Shown here piece by piece: positions 9,606 to 18,131 of a DNA stretch of 64,000 nt; position 1 is the stretch's first letter; each line of letters starts with the position of its first letter. The translations under genes were made by a program, and so were the position numbers. The stretch covers positions 38,212 to 102,211 of the forward strand of contig JAJQAM010000009.1 in NCBI GenBank assembly GCA_021203805.1. Reading direction: 5' to 3'. This DNA comes from Coprobacillus sp. (GTDB lineage: Bacteria > Bacillota_I > Bacilli_A > RFN20 > CAG-826). The notes under the pieces are model-generated. The model was given only the letters and a program-made list of their open reading frames with translations, did no database searches and had not been told where the DNA came from.

Positions 9606-9633
9606 ATATTTATTCATATTAGCGAATAAATAT
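9606..9633 (+). terminator. AT-rich perfect 10-bp hairpin downstream of thiT; possible weak terminator
   Basis: atatttattc-atattagc-gaataaatat forms a perfect 10-bp stem. There is no clean U-tract after it, so its function is uncertain. Confidence 0.3.
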
Positions 9634-9660
9634 GGTATATTTATTAGCGAGGTTTTTACT

Positions 9661-10950
9661 ATGGAAGACAAAGAATTAAAAGAAACTAAAGAAGAAAAGG
9701 TAGTAGAGGAAGCCGCTCCCGCTGAAGAAGTAGTGGAAGCTAGTGAGACTATAGCCGCTGAAGAAGTAGTGGAAGTGCCTACTGAAGAGACTCCTGTTAC
9801 GGAAGTTCCTACAGAAGAAGTGCCTGCGTGTGAAGAAGTAGCGGCCCAAGAACCCACTGAACCTACTCCCGCTACTGAAGAGCAGACACCCGCTGAAGAT
9901 ATCGCGGTCCTACCTTTATCTCCAGAAGAGGTTCTCCCCGAGCATATTGATTTAAGTGATAAGAAGGCCCTTAAGGGAGAGCAAGTTGATTATGAAAGTG
10001 AACTATCTAAAATTAAGGATGTTCAGTACGAGGGAGTTAATCAAGACCTAGCTAAAGTTGAAGAAGGTAGACAGGCCTTCATGAAAGTCTATAAACTCCA
10101 AAATCGTATCTCCTATATTGTCCTTGCAGTTGTTCTTATTTTTGCAATTGTTGGATTTATTCTCGTCTTAGCGGATCCAACCGAAGAAGGAGTGGGCTGG
10201 ATGGCTATTCTTGGTTATGTCCTTATCGGTCTAGCGGTTGTTGCTATGATTGTGCAGTACATTTTAGGGCGAAGGGGGACACCGAAAAAGAGTGCAGAAT
10301 ATGCTTCTTTAGCGATTGATACCTTTAATGCTTATAACTATTCATCTAGCGATTATTCAAAGGTTACTTATGATGAGCTTGAGAAAGTTGACGCTAGCGA
10401 AATCCTTGCAGATGGCGTCTATTATGATGTTGTGGATACTAAATCACAGGCGGTTGTTAGAGGGTGCTATGGAGGCGCTTTATTTAAATGCGCGAATGTC
10501 TCAGTCCTTGTTAAAAGTGATAGCAAGAGACAAAATGACACCGCTTTCTTAGGCCGATATATTACCTATCCAAACACACTTAAAATAGAAAATAGAATCA
10601 TTATTAATCTCAAAGGCGCTAAGGCTATTGATTTACCCACTAATACCTTTGACCTTGTCAAAGCTAGAGACGATGAAATAATGACTATTTACGCGAAAGA
10701 AGGAGTGGCGATTAAAGACGCTATTCCAAATAAATTCCTAACGGCAATTCAGGAGATTGGAGTGACCGATTCCCTTCTAAATATCAACATTGTTTTATGG
10801 AGCGGTCATACTGCTGTCTATCTTACTTATGTTGATGAATATGTCTCTGTGCCTGTTGATCATCCCCTTGTGGAAGAGCAGTATATTAAGGGCAGAGATG
10901 ACATATTAAAAACTCTTAAAGCATTAAAAACAATTAATAAAACCAAATAA
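9661..10950 (+). CDS. Hypothetical membrane protein with an acidic Glu/Val/Pro-rich repetitive N-terminus (EEVVE… PTEE…), a central TM hairpin and a ~200-aa C-terminal domain
   Basis: This is a long ORF with coding-like composition. Two strongly hydrophobic helices lie at roughly aa 150-200. I see no recognisable catalytic motifs. Confidence 0.5.
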   Translation: MEDKELKETKEEKVVEEAAPAEEVVEASETIAAEEVVEVPTEETPVTEVPTEEVPACEEVAAQEPTEPTPATEEQTPAEDIAVLPLSPEEVLPEHIDLSDKKALKGEQVDYESELSKIKDVQYEGVNQDLAKVEEGRQAFMKVYKLQNRISYIVLAVVLIFAIVGFILVLADPTEEGVGWMAILGYVLIGLAVVAMIVQYILGRRGTPKKSAEYASLAIDTFNAYNYSSSDYSKVTYDELEKVDASEILADGVYYDVVDTKSQAVVRGCYGGALFKCANVSVLVKSDSKRQNDTAFLGRYITYPNTLKIENRIIINLKGAKAIDLPTNTFDLVKARDDEIMTIYAKEGVAIKDAIPNKFLTAIQEIGVTDSLLNINIVLWSGHTAVYLTYVDEYVSVPVDHPLVEEQYIKGRDDILKTLKALKTINKTK

Positions 10951-10967
10951 TTGAGCGGGGTTTTATC

Positions 10968-11495
10968 GTGGCAATTGAATCCCAGTCAGTCAAAATTATT
11001 TGCTATAAACACGATGGTTCTCTTCACCGAACATGGGAGAAAGGTTTTGTCTTGGAAGATAATGATGAATTTATTATTACCGCGGCCAAACGTAACCATG
11101 TTAGTGAGCCAGGAGGTAGGGAGTGGTACACTAATGAACCAACGATTACTATCTTCTCTAAAAAGGATTGGTATAATGTCCTCTGCATGTTTAAAAAAAG
11201 CGGAATCTCTTATTACTGTAATATCTCCTCTCCCTCTATTATTGAAGATAACGCAATCAAATATATCGATTATGATTTAGATATTAAAAAATTCACTGAT
11301 GGAAAGATAAAAATCCTAGATCAGACTGAGTATCGTAATAATAAAAAACTATACGAATACTCAGATGACTTAGATAAAGTCTTACACTATGCCATGGAAA
11401 AGATGAAAAAACTTATGGAGGATGAAATGTTCCCGTTTGACGATGAAATTAGTCGTCGTTACTATGAGGTATTTCAGTCTTATTTAAACTTATGA
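10968..11495 (+). CDS. DUF402 / Ntdp-like protein (nucleoside tri/diphosphate phosphatase family; YgaC/UPF0374)
   Basis: Characteristic blocks are present: …KHDGSLHRTW…, …REWYTNEPTI…, …DWYNVLCM…GISYYCNISSP…, …IKYIDYDLDIKKF…. The 175-aa size matches the family. Confidence 0.7.
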   Translation: MAIESQSVKIICYKHDGSLHRTWEKGFVLEDNDEFIITAAKRNHVSEPGGREWYTNEPTITIFSKKDWYNVLCMFKKSGISYYCNISSPSIIEDNAIKYIDYDLDIKKFTDGKIKILDQTEYRNNKKLYEYSDDLDKVLHYAMEKMKKLMEDEMFPFDDEISRRYYEVFQSYLNL

Positions 11496-11938
11496 GAAAA
11501 GATATTGTTACAAGTAGCGAAGAAGAAACTAAAGAAATTGGGCGCCAATTTGCAGCGGTTTGTAAAACCGGATCCGTTTTATGCCTATACGGCGATTTAG
11601 GAAGCGGGAAGACAACTTTTGTAAAAGGTTTTGCCGAAGGCCTAGGTATTACAAAAGAGGTTACCTCGCCAACATTTAATATAATGTGCCTATATGAATG
11701 TGAGAAAGGAGTCCTAGTCCATATCGATGCCTATAGGCTATATGAGCAGCAAATTGAACTTGGTCTAGATGAGTTTATTGGAGAGGACGGAACTTACTCT
11801 CTTATTGAGTGGCCTAAGTATATTGATGAATTCATCCCTATTACCGCTTTAGAGATTGAATTTGTTAATTTAGGGAATGATATTAGAGAGCTTAAGCTTA
11901 AAGGGCCTGAAAGAGTCCTAGATAAGATAAATTTATGA
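11492..11938 (+). CDS. tsaE: tRNA threonylcarbamoyladenosine (t6A) biosynthesis protein TsaE
   Basis: P-loop GDLGSGKTTF is present and the 148-aa size is typical. It overlaps neighbouring genes through ATGA junctions in a tsaE-tsaB-rimI-tsaD operon. Confidence 0.8.
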   Translation: MRKDIVTSSEEETKEIGRQFAAVCKTGSVLCLYGDLGSGKTTFVKGFAEGLGITKEVTSPTFNIMCLYECEKGVLVHIDAYRLYEQQIELGLDEFIGEDGTYSLIEWPKYIDEFIPITALEIEFVNLGNDIRELKLKGPERVLDKINL

Positions 11939-12528
11939 AAAAATATACAGTTTTATTAGATTCAAGCGTTAATGATCTCTCGGTCGGAGTGGCCCTAAAC
12001 GGCGAAATCGTAGCCTCTACCTCTTACTATGCCTGGCAAAAGCAGAGTGAGTATATGGTAAGTGAGCTTGATAAACTTCTTAAGGATAATGAGATTGTAA
12101 GAGACGAGATAAAAGACATCATGGTCACTATTGGTCCAGCCTCTTATACTGGGGTTAGAATTGCTCTTACTATCGCTAAAGTGATGGCGTTTGCTCTTGG
12201 TGTTCCTCTCTATCCTGTAAGTTCCCTAAGAGTTCTAAAAGACAGCAATAAGGCATCTATTTGTTTAATAAATGCGAGAAGCGGCCGCTCGTACATCGGT
12301 GTTTATGAAGGAAATAAGGTCCTTCTTGAAGATCGAATTATGGATAATAAAGATGTCCTTAACTATATCAACGAGAATAAAGAATATGCAGTTTGCGGAG
12401 ATACAAAATATTTAGGAATAGACGGCTATAAAGCGGATGTTATTAAAGAAATGCTCTCGCTTAAGAGCGCTAGTATAGCGGCTAAAGATAGTAGCAGCGT
12501 TAATCCTGTTTATTTAAAGGGGAAATAA
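11935..12528 (+). CDS. tsaB: t6A biosynthesis protein TsaB (YeaZ, inactive Kae1 paralogue)
   Basis: Its position is between tsaE and rimI/tsaD. The ASKHA-fold N-terminal region is present (…IGPASYTGVRIALTIAK…). Confidence 0.8.
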   Translation: MKKYTVLLDSSVNDLSVGVALNGEIVASTSYYAWQKQSEYMVSELDKLLKDNEIVRDEIKDIMVTIGPASYTGVRIALTIAKVMAFALGVPLYPVSSLRVLKDSNKASICLINARSGRSYIGVYEGNKVLLEDRIMDNKDVLNYINENKEYAVCGDTKYLGIDGYKADVIKEMLSLKSASIAAKDSSSVNPVYLKGK

Positions 12529-12977
12529 TGAATATCGAAATAGTGGAAATGAGTGATAACGACCTAGATCAGGTTCTAGAGATTGAAAATCTCTGTTTTA
12601 TTTCTAAATACTCAAGAGATGACTTTCTCTATGAACTTCATGAGAACCAATACGGAATGAACTACGTCGCTAAGATAGGAGAGAAAGTTGTCGGTTTTGC
12701 ACTCTGCTATTATACCTTTGACAGTGCTTCAATCGCTCAGATTGCCACTCACCCAGACTATCAAAATAACGGGATTGGAAGCGCTATGCTTAGCGAGATT
12801 TTTGATGACTGCTATGCAAAGAAAATTCAGACAATTACCTTAGAAGTACGGGAAAATAATAAAAAAGCATTTGATTTTTACATCAAAAACGGCTTTAAGG
12901 AAGTTCTTATTAAGGTAGGATATTATTCAAATGGCGATAATGCCATTTACATGATTAAGAAGATAGAGGAAGTATGA
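12528..12977 (+). CDS. rimI: Ribosomal-protein-alanine N-acetyltransferase (GNAT)
   Basis: The GNAT acetyl-CoA motif Q…GIGSAML is present. It occupies the conserved position between tsaB and tsaD. Confidence 0.75.
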   Translation: MNIEIVEMSDNDLDQVLEIENLCFISKYSRDDFLYELHENQYGMNYVAKIGEKVVGFALCYYTFDSASIAQIATHPDYQNNGIGSAMLSEIFDDCYAKKIQTITLEVRENNKKAFDFYIKNGFKEVLIKVGYYSNGDNAIYMIKKIEEV

Positions 12978-13984
12978 TTACATTAGGAATTGAATCAAGC
13001 TGTGATGAAACCGGAGTGGCTATCGTAAAAGACGGTAAGCTCCTTTCAAATGTTGTCTCTTCTCAAGCAGATATACACGCTAAATACGGAGGAGTTATGC
13101 CTGAGGTCGCTTCTCGGCTTCACGCTGAGAATATTATTTTTGTGTTAAAAGAAGCGCTTGAGAAAGCTAATGTAACTCTTGAAGAGGTTGACGCTTTTGC
13201 CGTGACAAGAGGCCCAGGACTTATTGGAGCTCTCCATGTAGGGATGCAAGCCGCTAAGACACTTAGTATGCTCTATGATAAACCGCTTATCCCAGTTCAT
13301 CATTTAGCGGGTCATATTTATGCTAATGAGTTTGTTAGTGAAATGAAGTTTCCTCTTCTTGCTATTGTTGTATCTGGCGGTAACTCTGAGCTTGTTCTTA
13401 TGAAGGAAGATCTCGATTTTGAGGTCTTAGGGGAAACTAGAGACGACGCTATCGGTGAATGCTTTGATAAAGTGGCCCGAGTTTTAGGCTTTCCTTATCC
13501 AGGCGGAGCGATGATTGATGAGCACGCTAAGAATGGTAGGCATACCTATAACTTACCGACACCACTAAAAGGTGTTGATACTCTTGATTTCTCTTTTTCT
13601 GGTCTCAAGACTAATGTCATTAATCTTGTTCATAATCTCGAACAAAAAGGCGAGAGTGTTAATATTGATGATATGTGCCGCTCGGTTGAAGAAGTCGCAG
13701 TGGAGCTGGTTGTTAATAAAGCCCTTACTGCGATTAAAAGATACGGCATTACTAATGTTGTTGTCTGCGGAGGAGTGTCCGCTAACTCATATTTAAGGGA
13801 GAAACTTAAAAAGGAGCTTGATAAGAGACATGTGAGTCTCTCCTTCCCTCCTATGTGGTGCTGCACTGATAATGCGGCGATGATTGCAAAACTAGGAGAA
13901 AAGCTTTATCTAAAAGGGATTAAAGCCCCTCTAACTATTTCTCCTGACCCTAACTGGAGGATTGAAGATTATAAAAACTTTTAG
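12974..13984 (+). CDS. tsaD: tRNA N6-adenosine threonylcarbamoyltransferase TsaD (Kae1/YgjD)
   Basis: The protein starts MITLGIESSCDETGVAIV. Metal-binding His motifs (HHLAGH) are present. Length is 336 aa. Confidence 0.9.
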   Translation: MITLGIESSCDETGVAIVKDGKLLSNVVSSQADIHAKYGGVMPEVASRLHAENIIFVLKEALEKANVTLEEVDAFAVTRGPGLIGALHVGMQAAKTLSMLYDKPLIPVHHLAGHIYANEFVSEMKFPLLAIVVSGGNSELVLMKEDLDFEVLGETRDDAIGECFDKVARVLGFPYPGGAMIDEHAKNGRHTYNLPTPLKGVDTLDFSFSGLKTNVINLVHNLEQKGESVNIDDMCRSVEEVAVELVVNKALTAIKRYGITNVVVCGGVSANSYLREKLKKELDKRHVSLSFPPMWCCTDNAAMIAKLGEKLYLKGIKAPLTISPDPNWRIEDYKNF

Positions 13985-13988
13985 TCTT

Positions 13989-14020
13989 TTATATCTTCAT
14001 TCATAAAGATATAATTTTTT
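13989..14020 (+). terminator. Rho-independent terminator after tsaD
   Basis: atatctt-cattcata-aagatat stem-loop followed by aatttttt. Confidence 0.5.
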
Positions 14021-14036
14021 AATAAGAGACAAGAAT

Positions 14037-15413
14037 ATGGAAAGAATTTACGATATTGGTCAGCTTTATGATTTAGTCTCCACTGAAGAGATCAAATCTA
14101 TTAAGAATATCACTCTTCAGGGCTGGGTTAGAACTAACCGTAATAGCGGTAACATTGGTTTTATTGAGCTTAACGATGGAACCTCTTTTAAGAACGCTCA
14201 GCTTGTCTATACATCTGAAGTAGAATGCTACGATTTACTTGCCTCGCTTAGAAGTGGATGTGCCATTACTGTTACTGGTGAATTAGTGCTCACCCCAGAA
14301 ATGAAGCAGCCCTTTGAAATTCATGTTAGTGATGTCATATTAGAGGGAGGAGTGGACGAGTCCTATCCACTTCAAAAGAAACATCATAGCTATGAATTTT
14401 TACGTGATATCGCTCATTTAAGGGTAAGAACTAATACTTTTAATGCCGTGTTTAGAGTAAGAAATGTTCTAACAATGTCTCTTCATGAGTATTTCCAGTC
14501 TAATGGATTCATGTATGTCCATACCCCTTTAATTACCACTAACGATGGTGAAGGAGCGGGTAATGTATTTGATGTCGTGACTCATGACACAAAGGATGAG
14601 AATTCCTTCTATAGTCAAAAAGTTAATCTTACAGTTACAGGTCAGCTCCACGTTGAGCCTTTTGCTTTAGCCTTCAAACGTGTATACACGTTTGCTCCTG
14701 CTTTTAGAGCGGAGCATTCTAATACAGTGAGACATGCTTCTGAGTTTTGGATGATTGAGCCAGAGATGGCGTTTTGTGATCTAAATGGAAATATGGATAT
14801 TATTGAAGGCTGTATTAAATATTCTATTAAGTCCGTATTAGAGAAATGCCCTGATGAAATAGATTTCTTTAACACTCAAGTCGATACCTCTCTTAAAGAG
14901 AGATTAAATGGAGTAGTGGACTCTGAGTTTAAGAGAATTACTTATACCGAAGCGATTAACCTACTAGAAGATGCAGTTAAGAAAGGTCATAAGTTTGAAA
15001 ATTCCGATATTAAATGGGGGATGGATCTTCAAAGTGAGCATGAGCGATATATCACTGAAGAGATCATTAAAGGACCCGTATTCCTAACTGATTATCCTAA
15101 AGAAATTAAAGCCTTTTATATGAAGCAAAATGATGACGGGAAAACCGTAGCCGCTTGCGACCTATTAGTGCCCGGAGTAGGGGAGCTTGTAGGCGGCTCT
15201 CAAAGAGAAGATAGGCTTGATGTATTAGAGGCTAAAATGAAAGAGCTAAATATCACTAATCTTGATTGGTATCTCGACACTAGAAGGTATGGTGGGTGCT
15301 ATCACTCTGGCTTTGGAATTGGCTTTGATAGACTCCTTATGTATGTTACTGGAATGCAGAATATTAGAGATGTTCAGCCTTACCCAAGAACTTCAAATAA
15401 TATCAAATATTAA
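14037..15413 (+). CDS. asnS: Asparagine--tRNA ligase
   Basis: Class II aaRS motifs are present: FRAE motif 2, and GGSQRE…GFGIGFDRL motif 3. The block FAPAFRAEHSNTVRHASEFWMIEPEMAF matches AsnRS rather than AspRS or LysRS. Length is 458 aa. Confidence 0.85.
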   Translation: MERIYDIGQLYDLVSTEEIKSIKNITLQGWVRTNRNSGNIGFIELNDGTSFKNAQLVYTSEVECYDLLASLRSGCAITVTGELVLTPEMKQPFEIHVSDVILEGGVDESYPLQKKHHSYEFLRDIAHLRVRTNTFNAVFRVRNVLTMSLHEYFQSNGFMYVHTPLITTNDGEGAGNVFDVVTHDTKDENSFYSQKVNLTVTGQLHVEPFALAFKRVYTFAPAFRAEHSNTVRHASEFWMIEPEMAFCDLNGNMDIIEGCIKYSIKSVLEKCPDEIDFFNTQVDTSLKERLNGVVDSEFKRITYTEAINLLEDAVKKGHKFENSDIKWGMDLQSEHERYITEEIIKGPVFLTDYPKEIKAFYMKQNDDGKTVAACDLLVPGVGELVGGSQREDRLDVLEAKMKELNITNLDWYLDTRRYGGCYHSGFGIGFDRLLMYVTGMQNIRDVQPYPRTSNNIKY

Positions 15414-15421
15414 TGTAAACT

Positions 15422-15571
15422 ATGGCTAAAAACGAAGATTTTGAACAATTATCACAAGAAGAAAAAACAAGAAGAGTTCGCTCCGGACGCCGCATTATGT
15501 GGCTTTTAATTGTCCTATGTGTTCTTCTTGTTATTTATGTTATTGCAGAGATTGTTATCTTAATTAGGTAA
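15422..15571 (+). CDS. Possible small membrane protein (49 aa): charged N-terminus plus a single C-terminal TM
   Basis: ATG-initiated ORF MAKNEDFEQLSQEEKTRRVRSGRRIMWLLIVLCVLLVIYVIAEIVILIR. It has no clear SD and is not in the supplied ORF track, which lists nothing under 60 aa. The call is speculative. Confidence 0.25.
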   Translation: MAKNEDFEQLSQEEKTRRVRSGRRIMWLLIVLCVLLVIYVIAEIVILIR

Positions 15572-15577
15572 TAATAC

Positions 15578-16357
15578 TTATCCATTACTATTACTAGATG
15601 AATCGCCTCCTAAGGGAGGTCTTTCATTATCTGAATTGGTATTATTATTTTGACTATTTTGCGCCGCTGTATACTGGTCGACATTATCCGCTGTTATCTT
15701 GGGATTATTAGGTCCCGCTGCCGCTGCGCTCATCGCTGCATTTTGATTATATCCCTCAAGGGATTTATCGAAGACTTTATCGCATAAAGTTCTTAGTCTC
15801 CACATTCTCGCAACTAGGCCTTGAACGCAGACAAGGAACCAAACCATTCCTACCCCACAAATAGGTATAAATAAATATGATGTGATAGCGTCTACTACAA
15901 AGGTTGGGGTGTGAGTAAGTTCTGGCCAGTGAGCAAGAACCCTCATTCCAAATACAGTGGTGTATATATCTGGGTCATCAAAGTCCCAGAGGAAGAATAA
16001 TGTTGCGATTCCTGTATCGGTATTAAAGACGTTGTAGTGGAAGTCATCAATGATGATATCATTGATGAGTAAGATTAAGAAGGCGATAGCAATTAAGAGG
16101 ACCGGTATCCAGGCCTGCTTAAAGAAATAAGCAAAGCTCTTCTTTCTTCCATACACTCTAAGAGATTTACTATCGGTAATAATCCTAGTGACTACGACAT
16201 CATGGACAAGATTATCCATCTTCTTGCCTTGCCACTTCATGACTCTATAGATCCACCAACCAATGAATCCTGCAAGCACCACGAGTAGGAGGACAATCAT
16301 GATGAGCGCGAAGATTAATCTTCTTTCACTTTCTGTCATTGCAAATACTGTTAGCAT
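15578..16357 (-). CDS. Hypothetical 4-TM membrane protein with an Asn/Gln/Ser-rich C-terminal tail
   Basis: ORF with coding-like composition, the last gene of a three-gene minus-strand cluster. No recognisable motifs. Confidence 0.5.
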   Translation of the reverse strand: MLTVFAMTESERRLIFALIMIVLLLVVLAGFIGWWIYRVMKWQGKKMDNLVHDVVVTRIITDSKSLRVYGRKKSFAYFFKQAWIPVLLIAIAFLILLINDIIIDDFHYNVFNTDTGIATLFFLWDFDDPDIYTTVFGMRVLAHWPELTHTPTFVVDAITSYLFIPICGVGMVWFLVCVQGLVARMWRLRTLCDKVFDKSLEGYNQNAAMSAAAAGPNNPKITADNVDQYTAAQNSQNNNTNSDNERPPLGGDSSSNSNG

Positions 16358-16368
16358 CTCTCGCTTAG

Positions 16369-17034
16369 TTACCTAATGGTAACCCCTCCTCCTGGTTCGA
16401 TATCATCATCGTCATAGTCTTCTTCTTCAACTGGTTCTTCCTTTTTTCTCTTGCTCTCTTTGACTGGCTTAGTGCTAGGTCTAGGGGTGCGCTTGACGTT
16501 TTGAGGAAAGACTGGTCTAACTTCTTTAACTTCCTCTATTTGAGGAGCATTATTTTCATCATTTTGAAGCGGAATCTCACTATAATCGGCTTCTTTTTCT
16601 TCAATTTGAAGCGGTTCATTCTCAATTATTTCTTTTGGTTTTTCTGGTTCAATCACTCTTATATTAGTGTTTTCTGGAACGGATGACTGACCGCTCATAA
16701 GCTTAATTAGGTCTTCTTCATTTGACATAATAATGATGTTATTATAGGTATTATTTGTCGTAGTGTTATTAGTGACATCCTGAACAGGAGTGCCGCCCGC
16801 TAATATCTGATTGGATAGATTCTTATTCATTTCGATAATAGCTTTAGCCTGTGTATCCTCGGGAAGATCTTGGAAGATATTTCTTCCAGTAAAGAATAGG
16901 CCTATGCTCTTACCGAGTAGGTAAAAGAAAACACCGACCGCTCCAACAGCCGCGACTGCTACAATCACTATGATAGCGGGTATAAAGAGAATATAGAGTA
17001 TTCCTTTACCAACATTTTTAAAGAAGTTTGCCAT
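16369..17034 (-). CDS. Hypothetical single-pass membrane protein with an acidic low-complexity C-terminal region
   Basis: N-terminal TM (…ILYILFIPAIIVIVAVAAVGAVGVFFYLL…), then a polar/acidic region ending EEEDYDDDDIEPGGG. Confidence 0.5.
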   Translation of the reverse strand: MANFFKNVGKGILYILFIPAIIVIVAVAAVGAVGVFFYLLGKSIGLFFTGRNIFQDLPEDTQAKAIIEMNKNLSNQILAGGTPVQDVTNNTTTNNTYNNIIIMSNEEDLIKLMSGQSSVPENTNIRVIEPEKPKEIIENEPLQIEEKEADYSEIPLQNDENNAPQIEEVKEVRPVFPQNVKRTPRPSTKPVKESKRKKEEPVEEEDYDDDDIEPGGGVTIR

Positions 17035-17074
17035 ATTTTTATATTTTACCTATTTGACCTATATAATCAATAGA

Positions 17075-18061
17075 TTATACCTTTTCTTCCTCGCTTCTAT
17101 TTTTACTAGCCTCACTATTTTCATCTAAAATAGCGAGAGGAACTATACTATCTTGGGATAACTTCTCTTTAGTTTTTATAACGAGTATTTTAATCTCGTT
17201 ACACACTGAAACGAGATCAACAAGAACAATCGCGATTCCAAGTCCGAGTAGACCAAAGGGCTCCTCAAAATACTGATATGTTGCGGCAAAGGCAATTAGA
17301 CCAATCACTAGGGCGATAGGCAGAGTAATCCACATTGGTTTGCCTCCTGTATAAAGAGCTTCTCCCGCGATAAAACACATAAAATAAATCGCTAGCATAA
17401 AGAAGAGATATGTCAGCGGTTTATAGGTAAAAGCAAATATCAAAATTAGAAGAAAACAGCTAAGTTCTGCTATATATTCTAGATACCAATGCTTTCTTAC
17501 ATTACTTGTTTCGTAGTGGAATTTAGGAAGCTCGTTTCTAATTACAATATATGTTAAAGCGCACTGGACAAGAGCGAGGAAATAGATAAAACAAGGGGTG
17601 ACGTAGTCGAGATAAATGAAATCTGCTACTCCAAAAGCCGAAGCAAAAACATCGATAATATTTATTCCTAGGAGCCACTCAATAAATGGGATCATTGCAT
17701 ATGACACTCCAAGCTGAATAATAGAAGTGGAGAAGATAATCCAAACCGCTGGAACTTTATAGATCACCATTATTCCAAAAACAAATCCTGTGATGATTGA
17801 GGGGATAACGTAGAAGAGTGTATCTGATATGTTATACATGGTCACAAGCATACAGAGGAGGATTGTTACCACTGCATAAATGATAAAATATTTTCTCTTA
17901 CAGCAGAGCGTTACCATCGTCGAGGTAAGAGGCAAAATAAAGACAATGAGAAACATTAAAACCGGGACAAAGGTGGTCAGTAAAACAAAGACAACATTGA
18001 TAGCTGCCATAATGGCCATATAGGTCATGTTCTCGACTAGTGTTTCTTTCTTTTTGAACAT
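17075..18061 (-). CDS. Hypothetical polytopic membrane protein (~8-10 TM, 328 aa)
   Basis: Very hydrophobic throughout. It is the first gene of the minus-strand cluster. The N-terminal half loosely resembles ECF S-component-like small permeases, but this is not verifiable without a search. Confidence 0.5.
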   Translation of the reverse strand: MFKKKETLVENMTYMAIMAAINVVFVLLTTFVPVLMFLIVFILPLTSTMVTLCCKRKYFIIYAVVTILLCMLVTMYNISDTLFYVIPSIITGFVFGIMVIYKVPAVWIIFSTSIIQLGVSYAMIPFIEWLLGINIIDVFASAFGVADFIYLDYVTPCFIYFLALVQCALTYIVIRNELPKFHYETSNVRKHWYLEYIAELSCFLLILIFAFTYKPLTYLFFMLAIYFMCFIAGEALYTGGKPMWITLPIALVIGLIAFAATYQYFEEPFGLLGLGIAIVLVDLVSVCNEIKILVIKTKEKLSQDSIVPLAILDENSEASKNRSEEEKV

Positions 18062-18131
18062 ATAAATATATTTTAGAAAAATTTATTTATTTTTTGCACA
18101 AAAATGCCATTATATTTCAAATATATTTAGT

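Noticed and set aside
10951-11280. 109-aa ORF overlapping the DUF402 gene in another frame
   Set aside because: There is no RBS. It is out of frame with a well-supported DUF402 gene whose conserved blocks span the same DNA.
13985-14036. T-box leader upstream of asnS
   Set aside because: The intergenic space is only 52 nt and is occupied by the tsaD terminator. That is too short for a T-box (at least 200 nt).
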